Of a stretch of 6,817 bases of DNA, positions 1 through 6,309 are shown piece after piece. The stretch is from a virus (lineage: Duplodnaviria > Heunggongvirae > Uroviricota > Caudoviricetes), in the IMG/VR virus record IMGVR_UViG_3300009622_000013; one strand, written 5' to 3'. A program made the position numbers and the translations under genes. A model generated the notes under the pieces. That model had not been told where the DNA came from and made no database searches. It saw nothing but the letters and a program-made list of their open reading frames with translations. Every line of letters starts with the position of its first letter. Within the stretch, counting starts at the first letter, position 1.

Positions 1-197
1 TATTTGTAGTATCTCTTTTTGGAATATCTCAATTTTATGTGTCATTTTTCGGGGAAGGATATAGAGATTTAAGCAAGCATTTATTTGGAATGTATTTTTC
101 GTTCGACCTTTGCTTATACATAACAGTCGTTTTTTTAATTTATAAAATAATTCAAAGAAATCAAGACAATAGCGATGTAAAGCACTAAGTTTAAATT

Positions 198-217
198 GCG
201 CGCCAATCATGGCGCGC
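198..217 (-). terminator. Candidate stem-loop just 3' of the minus-strand ORF stop; weak intrinsic terminator
   Basis: Perfect 8-bp GC-rich stem GCGCGCCA (198-205) / TGGCGCGC (210-217) with loop ATCA. On the minus strand it is followed by AATTTAAACTT, only a moderate U-tract. It lies 5 nt beyond the stop at 223-225. Confidence 0.3.
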
Positions 218-222
218 ACAAG

Positions 223-504
223 CTATAATACCAACCTAATTTCTCCTCCTCTTAGAGTGACTATATCTCCTGATAGAATTGCGGTATTGACTATCAAATG
301 CCCTGATTCGTTGTTTATTGTAATATCTCCTCTATCTGCAGACGATAACTTAAATGCATCATTGCCCACAACAAACCCCCTCCAGAACCAAGTGCTGATA
401 TTATCATCAACAGTGATAGATACATATACTAACTGATTATCGTTATAAGTGATTCCTGTCTTATACTTAACATAAGGACTTCCACTTTGATTCTCGATAG
501 ACAC
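223..504 (-). CDS. C-terminal fragment of an unassigned protein, possibly tail-fibre-like; no convincing start, likely a remnant
   Basis: The 93-aa minus-strand ORF reads like a real beta-rich protein (..GITYNDNQLVYVSITVDDN..GDITINNESGHLIVNTAILSGDIVTLRGGEI), whereas the overlapping plus-strand ORF 209..436 is low-complexity. It begins with a non-ATG codon at the junction with the tfaS fragment and is followed by the hairpin at 198-217. Confidence 0.3.
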   Translation of the reverse strand: MSIENQSGSPYVKYKTGITYNDNQLVYVSITVDDNISTWFWRGFVVGNDAFKLSSADRGDITINNESGHLIVNTAILSGDIVTLRGGEIRLVL

Positions 505-528
505 ATAACATCCAGGGGTTATGTTTGT

Positions 529-831
529 ATGCGTCCCGCGACTATCGCCCCATTAACGCCATACGATAAATGGGATGGTGAGAAATGGGTGACGGATACC
601 GAGGCACAGCATAGCGTCGCAGTAGATGCAGCAGAAGCACAGCGCCAGTCGCTGATTGATACTGCAATGGCTTCCATTAGTCTGATTCAACTGAAATTAC
701 AGGCTGGGCGGAAGCTGATGCAGGCAGAGACCTCCCGACTTAACACTGTGCTGGATTACATTGACGCGGTGACGGCAACAGATACCAGCACCGCGCCGGA
801 TGTCATCTGGCCTGAACTGCCGGAGGAGTAG
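529..831 (+). pseudogene. tfaS: Tail fibre assembly protein, N-terminally truncated fragment
   Basis: The C-terminal portion (..EAQHSVAVDAAEAQRQSLIDTAMASISLIQ..LDYIDAVTATDTSTAPDVIWPELPEE) matches the conserved C-terminal domain pattern of phage Tfa proteins, and is paralogous to the C-terminus of the convergent yfdK product. First ATG is at 529; the track ORF from 487 starts at TTG. The ~80 N-terminal residues of a full Tfa are missing. Confidence 0.6.
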
Positions 832-1243
832 GCCATTCAATATCTGGCGCACTGGAAGTATCGACCAGCTCCAGTGCGTCCAGATAATCCAGCCACAAAT
901 TATATTGCGCCAGTTCCTCACCTTTCAGACGACCAATAGCCGCTTTACCAGCCCATTGTTTACTGTTCATATAATCGTTGGCCTGATTAATCAATTGCTG
1001 CTTTTTCAGTTCGGCTGCAGCAATCTGTTCCTCATGTGTTGGTGGTGGAATTTCAGACCATGCAGGAAAACCATTTTCTCCAGCGATACGGATTTTTCCT
1101 TTCGGCGGTAATCCGGAAAACTCAATATACACTTGCTCATCAACTTCAACAGCATCATCTGGCCATGAGCCAGCTTGCGTGTAATCCTCTTTCATCTCCA
1201 AGGGATAGAAAGAGTTTGTAGTCGCGGAATATATGTAATTCAT
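803..1243 (-). CDS. yfdK: Phage tail fibre assembly protein (Tfa family), 146 aa
   Basis: ATG at 1241-1243 is preceded by GGAGTG on the minus strand. The protein ends ..LWLDYLDALELVDTSSAPDIEWPTPPAVQAR, the Tfa C-terminal signature. It sits immediately downstream of the tail-fibre fragment, the usual stf-tfa order. Length and sequence agree with my recollection of K-12 YfdK. Confidence 0.8.
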   Translation of the reverse strand: MNYIYSATTNSFYPLEMKEDYTQAGSWPDDAVEVDEQVYIEFSGLPPKGKIRIAGENGFPAWSEIPPPTHEEQIAAAELKKQQLINQANDYMNSKQWAGKAAIGRLKGEELAQYNLWLDYLDALELVDTSSAPDIEWPTPPAVQAR

Positions 1244-1269
1244 TTTTCACTCCATAAAGTTAAAAGAAA

Positions 1270-1992
1270 TTAACACCCTAATGCGAAAAATGAAGCACCG
1301 ATACCGGGTACGCCTGCTCTGGAAATAAATTTCACCGGGTCCTGGTTATAACCGGCACAAGCTATATAGCCAACATTTGCACTGCCGGGAGTGTAATCCT
1401 GAGTCGCAAATACCCGCAGACATCTATTCGGAAATGCAATCGGAAAATAGGTTACTGTGTCCTGAGACGTCAGCGGAACATCAATTGGCCCCCATTGAAT
1501 AATTAAACCGGATGGCAATTTTTGATATCCAGGAACTGAAGCAGAAAGCATAAAACTACCCATATCAGGTATCTGATTCGCCCCTGTCCCTACATTTCTT
1601 TTAGCCGCTTCTCCCAAACCAAGGTTTTCGAGAGCCTTTTGCACCGTGCCGTCCAATTTGATATCGCCAAACGGATTCTTGCGGCTTAACAGCAGCGCAC
1701 GAAGCGCGGTAAGCAGCTGGTCATGCCGCCCCTTCTCCAGGCTGGCACCGGAGGCCTCCACAACGCTGCAAAGCTCCTCCTGCAACATGTCAAAGTAGTC
1801 ATCATCCAGATCGGTGGCAGGCGTGCCGGTCTGGGGGTTACCACGGGTACGGGGGATTACCAAAGGCAGCACCTTTAAGCTCCGCAAGACGTTCTGACCA
1901 GTCATGCGCCAGCGCGTTGTCTTCCGCAGTGTAATACGCGGCACATTTGGCGTTATCACCATCAGTAAACAGATCCAGAACAAACGGGCCAA
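1270..1992 (-). pseudogene. yfdL: Tail fibre protein C-terminal fragment; the real coding part is probably about 1270-1840, with the upstream ORF portion overlapping yfdM out of frame
   Basis: The 240-aa ORF has a C-terminal ~190 aa that is tail-fibre-like (..[64 protein letters not shown]..). Its N-terminal ~50 codons lie over the yfdM 3' end in another frame and look non-native. It is followed 27 nt later by the tfa gene yfdK. Confidence 0.55.
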
Positions 1993-2113
1993 ACAGGGTG
2001 TTAATTCCCCAGAAAATGTTGTCCGGCGTGCGCCACTGATCGCCCACTTCCTTCAGTTCATGGGCTGGTTTGTTCCGCAGCTCCACCAGCGCCTGGCAAT
2101 ATTTATTACTCAT
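1838..2113 (-). CDS. yfdM: Truncated phage Dam-family DNA N6-adenine methyltransferase, N-terminal fragment ending just after the NPPY motif
   Basis: The product [91 protein letters not shown] carries the W-R-T-P .. NPPY pattern of phage Dam methylases but stops 2 residues after NPPY. The ATG at 2111-2113 overlaps the yfdN stop (TAATG). The track ORF starts 11 codons upstream at a non-ATG codon. Confidence 0.6.
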
Positions 2114-2607
2114 TAAGCCCCCACGTAATTCCCTGAGAGATACCACTCTTCACCTGATGCAGCCCGCTTACTGCTTTTCCGTAAACACCGTTCACGACGC
2201 GCCAGAAAATTGTTTCGTTCTGGCTGGGAGTGGCTTTCACGGAATGCCGCCATCCACACCGTTGCAGCACGACGGTATAAGCCCCTGGACTCCAGTTCTT
2301 CCGCCTGGCGGGTCAGGCACAAAATCACCCGCGGGTCGTTAGTGCCGACATAGAAATTGCGCACAGGTCTGGTTTCACGAACTGGTTGTGGTTCCGGATC
2401 CTGCGCTCTCTCAGTCAGGCGCGGGAAATGTCTGTGTGTATCTCCTTCACAACGGTGAGCCACACGCCCACTCTGACGTAACTTGCTTGCTGACTGCAGA
2501 ACGCGCTGCCGTGAGTAACCTGCAAAAGCATCCGCAATGTCTCCGGAAGTACAGCCCGGATGGGCTTCAATGAATTTCTGAACGTCATTCAAAAGACTCA
2601 TGCTCAC
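2113..2607 (-). CDS. yfdN: Prophage regulatory protein, PerC-like C-terminal region (recollection)
   Basis: A 164-aa ORF starting at GTG 2605-2607, which overlaps the yfdO stop as GTGA; an in-frame ATG lies 2 codons downstream. The C-terminal region (LCLTRQAEELESRGLYRRAATVWMAAFRESHSQPERNNFLARRERCLRKSS) resembles PerC-type activators. It is arranged like an operon with yfdO and yfdM. Confidence 0.7.
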   Translation of the reverse strand: MSMSLLNDVQKFIEAHPGCTSGDIADAFAGYSRQRVLQSASKLRQSGRVAHRCEGDTHRHFPRLTERAQDPEPQPVRETRPVRNFYVGTNDPRVILCLTRQAEELESRGLYRRAATVWMAAFRESHSQPERNNFLARRERCLRKSSKRAASGEEWYLSGNYVGA

Positions 2608-2972
2608 CCCCTGAATCCTGCCGGGATCTGGCTGTAGTCCACATTGTCGTAACTGGCTTTGAAGTACGGGTCTTCGCGTTTTTCTGTGTACGTGCTGACG
2701 GACGGCGATAAGCGCAGGGAAAGCTCATCCCATTTTTCCCGCAGCTTCGACGGGCTGAGCACGTTACGGCACCAGAACGGATCGCGGCTGACGCGGCTGT
2801 ACATCTCGCAGATTTGTTTGTGAGTACGACCATCCTGCACACACATCAGGCGAATTTCGTTTGCCCAGGCTGTCCAGTTCGGTTCTTTGGGACGAACCAC
2901 CTCGCCGTCACATTCGGCGGCCTGCTCGTACAGGGCGATGATTTTTTTCCAGAGCCACTGTGCGCAGGTCAA
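2604..2972 (-). CDS. yfdO: Phage replication protein O-like remnant, 122 aa (defective replication initiator)
   Basis: The 122-aa ORF MTCAQWLWKKIIALYEQAAECDGEVVRPKEPNWTAWANEIRLMCVQDGRTHKQICEMY.. matches my recollection of K-12 YfdO, annotated as a defective O-like protein. The iteron array lies directly upstream. Confidence 0.65.
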   Translation of the reverse strand: MTCAQWLWKKIIALYEQAAECDGEVVRPKEPNWTAWANEIRLMCVQDGRTHKQICEMYSRVSRDPFWCRNVLSPSKLREKWDELSLRLSPSVSTYTEKREDPYFKASYDNVDYSQIPAGFRG

Positions 2973-3329
2973 ATCATCCTGCGTTCCCCACTGGCGCTTT
3001 TTAGGGCTGAATACAACCGCATCAGGATGGCGAGTTAAAAAATCCTGTTCATCCGTCTGCGTGTCCGGTTGCGAAGCGTCCGGACGAGAAGGTTTTTTAT
3101 CTGACGGATCATGTTTTGATTTTACTGACGGATCCCCGCCAGATTCTGACGGGTGAAAACCCGATTTTTTGCCAGATTTCGACGCATCAAATTTTGACGG
3201 GTCAGATTTTGATGCGTCAGATTTTGACGGGTCAGAGTCTGACAGTTGAGAAAATGCCGCTGCCTGAAGCTTCGCAACGTTAAGCTGATAAACATTCGAC
3301 GCATTGCGGTTATGATGAGGAGCAGCAAA
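2973..3329. promoter_or_regulatory. Divergent intergenic control region between yfdO (minus) and yfdP (plus); contains the iteron array and presumably divergent promoters
   Basis: A 357-bp non-coding gap between divergently oriented genes. GAGGAG sits 8 nt before the yfdP ATG at 3330. Exact -35/-10 elements could not be assigned with confidence by eye. Confidence 0.4.
3171..3245. repeat. Five tandem 15-bp iterons (consensus GTCAGATTTTGAYGS) with degenerate copies upstream from about 3100; putative ori or operator repeats
   Basis: Units read directly in register: 3171 GCCAGATTTCGACGC, 3186 ATCAAATTTTGACGG, 3201 GTCAGATTTTGATGC, 3216 GTCAGATTTTGACGG, 3231 GTCAGAGTCTGACAG. The last has internal dyad symmetry (GTCAGA-G-TCTGAC). 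Further TGACGG-containing copies occur at 3102, 3126 and 3147. Confidence 0.6.
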
Positions 3330-3692
3330 ATGGCTAGCGAACGCAGTACTGATGTGCAGGCATTTATCGGGGAGCTGGACGGCGGCGTATTTGAAACCAA
3401 AATCGGCGCAGTTCTCAGTGAAGTCGCTTCCGGTGTGATGAACACGAAAACCAAAGGTAAGGTCTCACTCAACCTGGAAATCGAACCATTTGATGAGAAC
3501 CGTCTGAAAATCAAACACAAACTCTCATATGTTCGCCCGACTAACCGTGGGAAAATTTCCGAAGAAGACACCACCGAAACGCCGATGTATGTCAATCGCG
3601 GTGGTCGCCTGACTATTCTGCAGGAAGACCAGGGACAATTACTGACTCTTGCCGGTGAGCCTGACGGAAAACTCCGCGCAGCAGGTCATTAA
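3330..3692 (+). CDS. yfdP: Prophage protein of unknown function, 120 aa
   Basis: ATG at 3330 is preceded by GAGGAG. The product MASERSTDVQAFIGELDGGVFETKIGAVLSEV.. is protein-like. The track ORF from 3246 adds 28 low-complexity residues upstream with no ribosome binding site. Sequence matches my recollection of K-12 YfdP. Confidence 0.7.
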   Translation: MASERSTDVQAFIGELDGGVFETKIGAVLSEVASGVMNTKTKGKVSLNLEIEPFDENRLKIKHKLSYVRPTNRGKISEEDTTETPMYVNRGGRLTILQEDQGQLLTLAGEPDGKLRAAGH

Positions 3693-3757
3693 TATCATTC
3701 TTAATTAACTAATTATTTATCTCATCACTGAATATCTTAATATAGTGAGGACTTATT

Positions 3758-4582
3758 ATGTCTCAGAACTTAGACGCAACCGCAATTAATCAAATCCATG
3801 CCCTTATTTCTGCTCAGGGTGTTAATGAAATTATCAGTAAGATTGGTGCCGATGCTGTGGCATTGCCTGAGAATTTCCGCATTCATGATCTGGAAAAATT
3901 TAATTTAAATCGCTTCCGTTTCCGTGGTGCGCTTTCCACTGCCAGCATCGATGACTTTACCCGTTATTCTAAAGATCTTGCAGATGAAGGCACCCGCTGC
4001 TTTATCGATGCTGATAATATGCGTGCCGTCAGTGTGCTTAACCTGGGTACTATTGATGAACCAGGTCACGCAGATAACACCGCCACTCTCAAACTGAAAA
4101 AGACAGCACCGTTCTCTGCCCTGTTGTCTGTTAACGGCGAGCGTAACTCCCAGAAATCACTGGCAGAATGGATTGAAGACTGGGCCGACTACCTTGTGGG
4201 CTTTGATGCTAATGGTGACGCCATTCAGGCAACAAAAGCGGCTGCGGCAATCCGTAAAATCACGATTGAAGCAAACCAGACCGCTGATTTTGAAGATAAT
4301 GACTTCAGCGGCAAACGCTCCCTGATGGAATCTGTCGAAGCGAAGACCAAAGACATTATGCCAGTGGCATTTGAATTTAAATGCGTTCCGTTTGAAGGTC
4401 TGAAAGAACGTCCGTTTAAATTACGCCTCAGCATTATCACTGGCGATCGTCCTGTACTGGTTCTGCGCATTATTCAGCTGGAAGCGGTGCAGGAAGATAT
4501 GGCTAACGAATTTCGTGATCTGCTTGTTGAGAAATTCAAAGACAGCAAAGTAGAAACCTTTATTGGTACTTTCACCGCCTGA
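3758..4582 (+). CDS. yfdQ: Prophage protein YfdQ, 274 aa, uncharacterised (DUF-type)
   Basis: A 274-aa ORF with ATG at 3758 preceded by GTGAGGA. The product [53 protein letters not shown].. is recognised from memory as K-12 YfdQ. It is followed by a strong hairpin. Confidence 0.85.
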
Positions 4583-4594
4583 TTTCATTACTGC

Positions 4595-4620
4595 AAATGC
4601 CCCTGCGGGGGCATTTATGG
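4595..4620 (+). terminator. Candidate intrinsic terminator or attenuator downstream of yfdQ
   Basis: Perfect 9-bp stem AAATGCCCC (4595-4603) / GGGGCATTT (4608-4616) with loop TGCG, followed by ATGG. The 3' arm ends in UUU. It may act in both directions. Confidence 0.45.
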
Positions 4621-4709
4621 AAACGTAATTAACTCAATAATCACCGGATGGTGAGGGCTTCCTTTTACCCAAACTCAGCGCGGTGCAGCGCATATACGTG
4701 GAGAACAAA

Positions 4710-5246
4710 ATGTCATTTATTAAAACTTTTTCCGGGAAGCATTTTTATTATGACAAGATAAATAAAGACGACATCGTGATTAACGATATCGCGGTTTCCC
4801 TTTCAAATATCTGCCGCTTTGCCGGTCATCTTTCTCACTTCTACAGTGTCGCCCAACATGCGGTGCTTTGCAGCCAGCTGGTGCCGCAGGAATTTGCTTT
4901 TGAAGCATTAATGCATGATGCAACAGAAGCGTATTGCCAGGACATCCCCGCACCACTGAAACGCCTTCTTCCTGACTATAAACGGATGGAAGAAAAAATA
5001 GATGCAGTAATCCGTGAGAAATACGGGTTACCTCCTGTTATGAGCACGCCAGTGAAATATGCCGATCTCATTATGCTGGCAACCGAACGCCGTGATCTCG
5101 GGCTTGATGATGGCTCTTTCTGGCCTGTACTGGAAGGCATCCCGGCAACAGAGATGTTCAACGTGATTCCACTGGCACCGGGTCATGCCTACGGGATGTT
5201 TATGGAACGTTTTAACGATTTATCGGAGTTACGCAAATGCGCATGA
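4710..5246 (+). CDS. yfdR: HD-domain phosphohydrolase (5'-deoxynucleotidase family), 178 aa
   Basis: ATG at 4710 (MSFIKTF..) is preceded by GGAGA; the track ORF from 4683 starts at a non-ATG codon without a ribosome binding site. The HD-domain signature is present: H40, H43, then H69-D70 (codons 4914-4919, LMHDATEAY). The stop overlaps the yfdS start region. Confidence 0.8.
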   Translation: MSFIKTFSGKHFYYDKINKDDIVINDIAVSLSNICRFAGHLSHFYSVAQHAVLCSQLVPQEFAFEALMHDATEAYCQDIPAPLKRLLPDYKRMEEKIDAVIREKYGLPPVMSTPVKYADLIMLATERRDLGLDDGSFWPVLEGIPATEMFNVIPLAPGHAYGMFMERFNDLSELRKCA

Positions 5247-5599
5247 ATGTTTTCGAAATGGAAGGGTTTCTTCGCGGGAAATGTGTACCGCGAGATCTGA
5301 AAGTGAACGAAACAAATGCTGAGTACCTGGTACGTAAATTCGACGCGCTTGAAGCTAAATGTGCGGCACTGGAAAACAAAATAATACCAGTGTCAGCTGA
5401 ACTGCCACCAGCAAATGAAAGTGTTCTGTTATTTGATGCTAACGGAGAAGGCTGGCTGATTGGCTGGCGTTCTCTCTGGTACACCTGGGGACAAAAAGAA
5501 ACCGGAGAATGGCAGTGGACATTTCAGGTTGGGGACCTTGAAAACGTCAATATCACTCACTGGGCAGTAATGCCAAAAGCACCGGAGGCTGGAGCATAA
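5237..5599 (+). CDS. yfdS: Prophage protein of unknown function, 120 aa
   Basis: ATG at 5237 is preceded by GGAG and overlaps the yfdR 3' end (ATGCGCATGA); its TAA stop overlaps the yfdT ATG (TAATG at 5597-5601). Sequence MRMNVFEMEGFLRGKCVPRDLK.. matches my recollection of K-12 YfdS. Confidence 0.75.
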   Translation: MRMNVFEMEGFLRGKCVPRDLKVNETNAEYLVRKFDALEAKCAALENKIIPVSAELPPANESVLLFDANGEGWLIGWRSLWYTWGQKETGEWQWTFQVGDLENVNITHWAVMPKAPEAGA

Positions 5600-5904
5600 T
5601 GACCACATTTACCAATAAAGAACTGATTAAAGAAATCAAAGAACGAATCAGCAGCCTAGAGGTTCGAGACGATATTGAGCGCCGTGCTTATGAAATCGCA
5701 CTCGTATCTCTGGAAGTAGAGCCAGATGAACGCGAAGCCTATGAATTATTCATGGAAAAGCGTTTCGGTGACTTAGTAGATCGTCGGAGAGCAAAAAACG
5801 GCGATAACGAATACATGGCATGGGATATGACTCTCGGTTGGATCATCTGGCAGCAACGAGCTGGTATCCATTTTTCAACAATGTCACAACAAGAGGTGAA
5901 ATAA
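5599..5904 (+). CDS. yfdT: Prophage protein of unknown function, 101 aa
   Basis: ATG at 5599 is translationally coupled to yfdS. The product MTTFTNKELIKEIKERISSLEVRDDIERRAYEIALVSLEVEPDEREAYELFMEKRF.. is charged and helical. It is the last gene of the yfdPQRST block. Confidence 0.75.
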   Translation: MTTFTNKELIKEIKERISSLEVRDDIERRAYEIALVSLEVEPDEREAYELFMEKRFGDLVDRRRAKNGDNEYMAWDMTLGWIIWQQRAGIHFSTMSQQEVK

Positions 5905-5916
5905 TAGAGCCATACA

Positions 5917-5945
5917 GCCTCACACTCGATGAGGCCTGTCAGTTT
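5917..5945 (+). terminator. Weak candidate terminator hairpin downstream of yfdT
   Basis: Stem GCCTCA (5917-5922) / TGAGGC (5930-5935) with loop CACTCGA, followed by CTGTCAGTTTCTT. Short stem and interrupted U-tract. Confidence 0.25.
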
Positions 5946-6000
5946 CTTAAAATATCCTGATCTACCATCGCCGTCATAGAGCGTATTTTTATTACCTGAT

Positions 6001-6016
6001 TTGCAGGTTCGATTCC
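6001..6016 (+). other. Orphan tRNA T-arm-like fragment (TTGCAGGTTCGATTCC), not part of an intact tRNA
   Basis: Contains the canonical tRNA T-loop motif GGTTCGATTCC preceded by GCAGG. The complementary 3' T-stem strand and the acceptor stem are absent, and no cloverleaf can be drawn. By recollection it matches the T-arm of tRNA-Arg argW. Confidence 0.45.
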
Positions 6017-6035
6017 CTATTCGGAGATAGCACTC

Positions 6036-6236
6036 ATGCAACACGAACTACAGCCTGATTCACTGGTTGATTTGAAATTCATCATGGCTGATACTGGCTT
6101 TGGTAAAACCTTCATCTATGACCGGATTAAGTCAGGCGACCTGCCAAAAGCCAAAGTTATCCACGGGCGAGCAAGATGGTTATATCGTGACCATTGTGAA
6201 TTCAAAAATAAGCTCTTAAGCCGCGCCAATGGGTAA
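6036..6236 (+). CDS. torI: Excisionase-like recombination directionality factor / Tor response-regulator inhibitor, 66 aa
   Basis: ATG at 6036 is preceded by GGAG. The product MQHELQPDSLVDLKFIMADTGFGKTFIYDRIKSGDLPKAKVIHGRARWLYRDHCEFKNKLLSRANG is recognised from memory as TorI (AlpA/Xis-like winged helix). It lies next to the att core, as expected for a recombination directionality factor. Confidence 0.85.
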   Translation: MQHELQPDSLVDLKFIMADTGFGKTFIYDRIKSGDLPKAKVIHGRARWLYRDHCEFKNKLLSRANG

Positions 6237-6309
6237 AATAGCGGGTAAAATATTTCTCACATCTAAAAAACACCATTCCAATCAATCCCCTGCTGCTTCA
6301 AGTAGATGT

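Noticed and set aside
209-436. 75-aa plus-strand ORF overlapping the minus-strand 223..504 ORF.
   Set aside because: Low-complexity Ser/Pro/Leu-rich product; the opposite-strand frame is more protein-like and ends at a hairpin.
697-1221. Alternative-frame ORFs 697..921 (minus), 800..1111 (plus) and 1036..1221 (plus) over the tfaS/yfdK region.
   Set aside because: They overlap the Tfa genes in other frames or strands; products lack protein-like character and have no ribosome binding sites.
1904-3156. Plus-strand ORFs 1904..2116, 2070..2342, 2388..2573, 2814..3038, 2887..3156 and minus-strand ORF 2585..2842.
   Set aside because: All are antisense or out of frame relative to the yfdM/yfdN/yfdO operon on the minus strand. 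Products are Arg/Ser/Pro/Cys-rich, as expected for shadow frames.
3122-3595. 157-aa minus-strand ORF that runs through the iterons (..LTRQNLTHQNLTRQNL..); considered as the missing N-terminal, iteron-containing part of an ancestral O gene.
   Set aside because: It lies antisense to yfdP, which has a ribosome binding site and a protein-like sequence. The product is low-complexity and the frame differs from yfdO. Most likely a spurious antisense ORF whose repeat peptide is just the iterons translated.
4225-4470. 81-aa minus-strand ORF inside yfdQ.
   Set aside because: Entirely antisense to yfdQ with a low-complexity Arg/Ser-rich product; typical shadow ORF.
4976-5484. Minus-strand ORFs 4976..5161 and 5212..5484 inside yfdR and yfdS.
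   Set aside because: Antisense shadow ORFs of well-supported plus-strand genes.
5905-6035. Possible intact tRNA gene or small excisionase-remnant ORF between yfdT and torI.
   Set aside because: The T-loop motif at 6001-6016 lacks a complementary T-stem 3' strand and an acceptor stem, so no cloverleaf can be drawn. The only plus-strand ATG-initiated frame here is 16 codons with no ribosome binding site.
5739-6044. 101-aa minus-strand ORF across the yfdT 3' half and the yfdT-torI intergenic region.
   Set aside because: Antisense to the well-supported yfdT; cysteine-rich odd composition, non-ATG start and no ribosome binding site.
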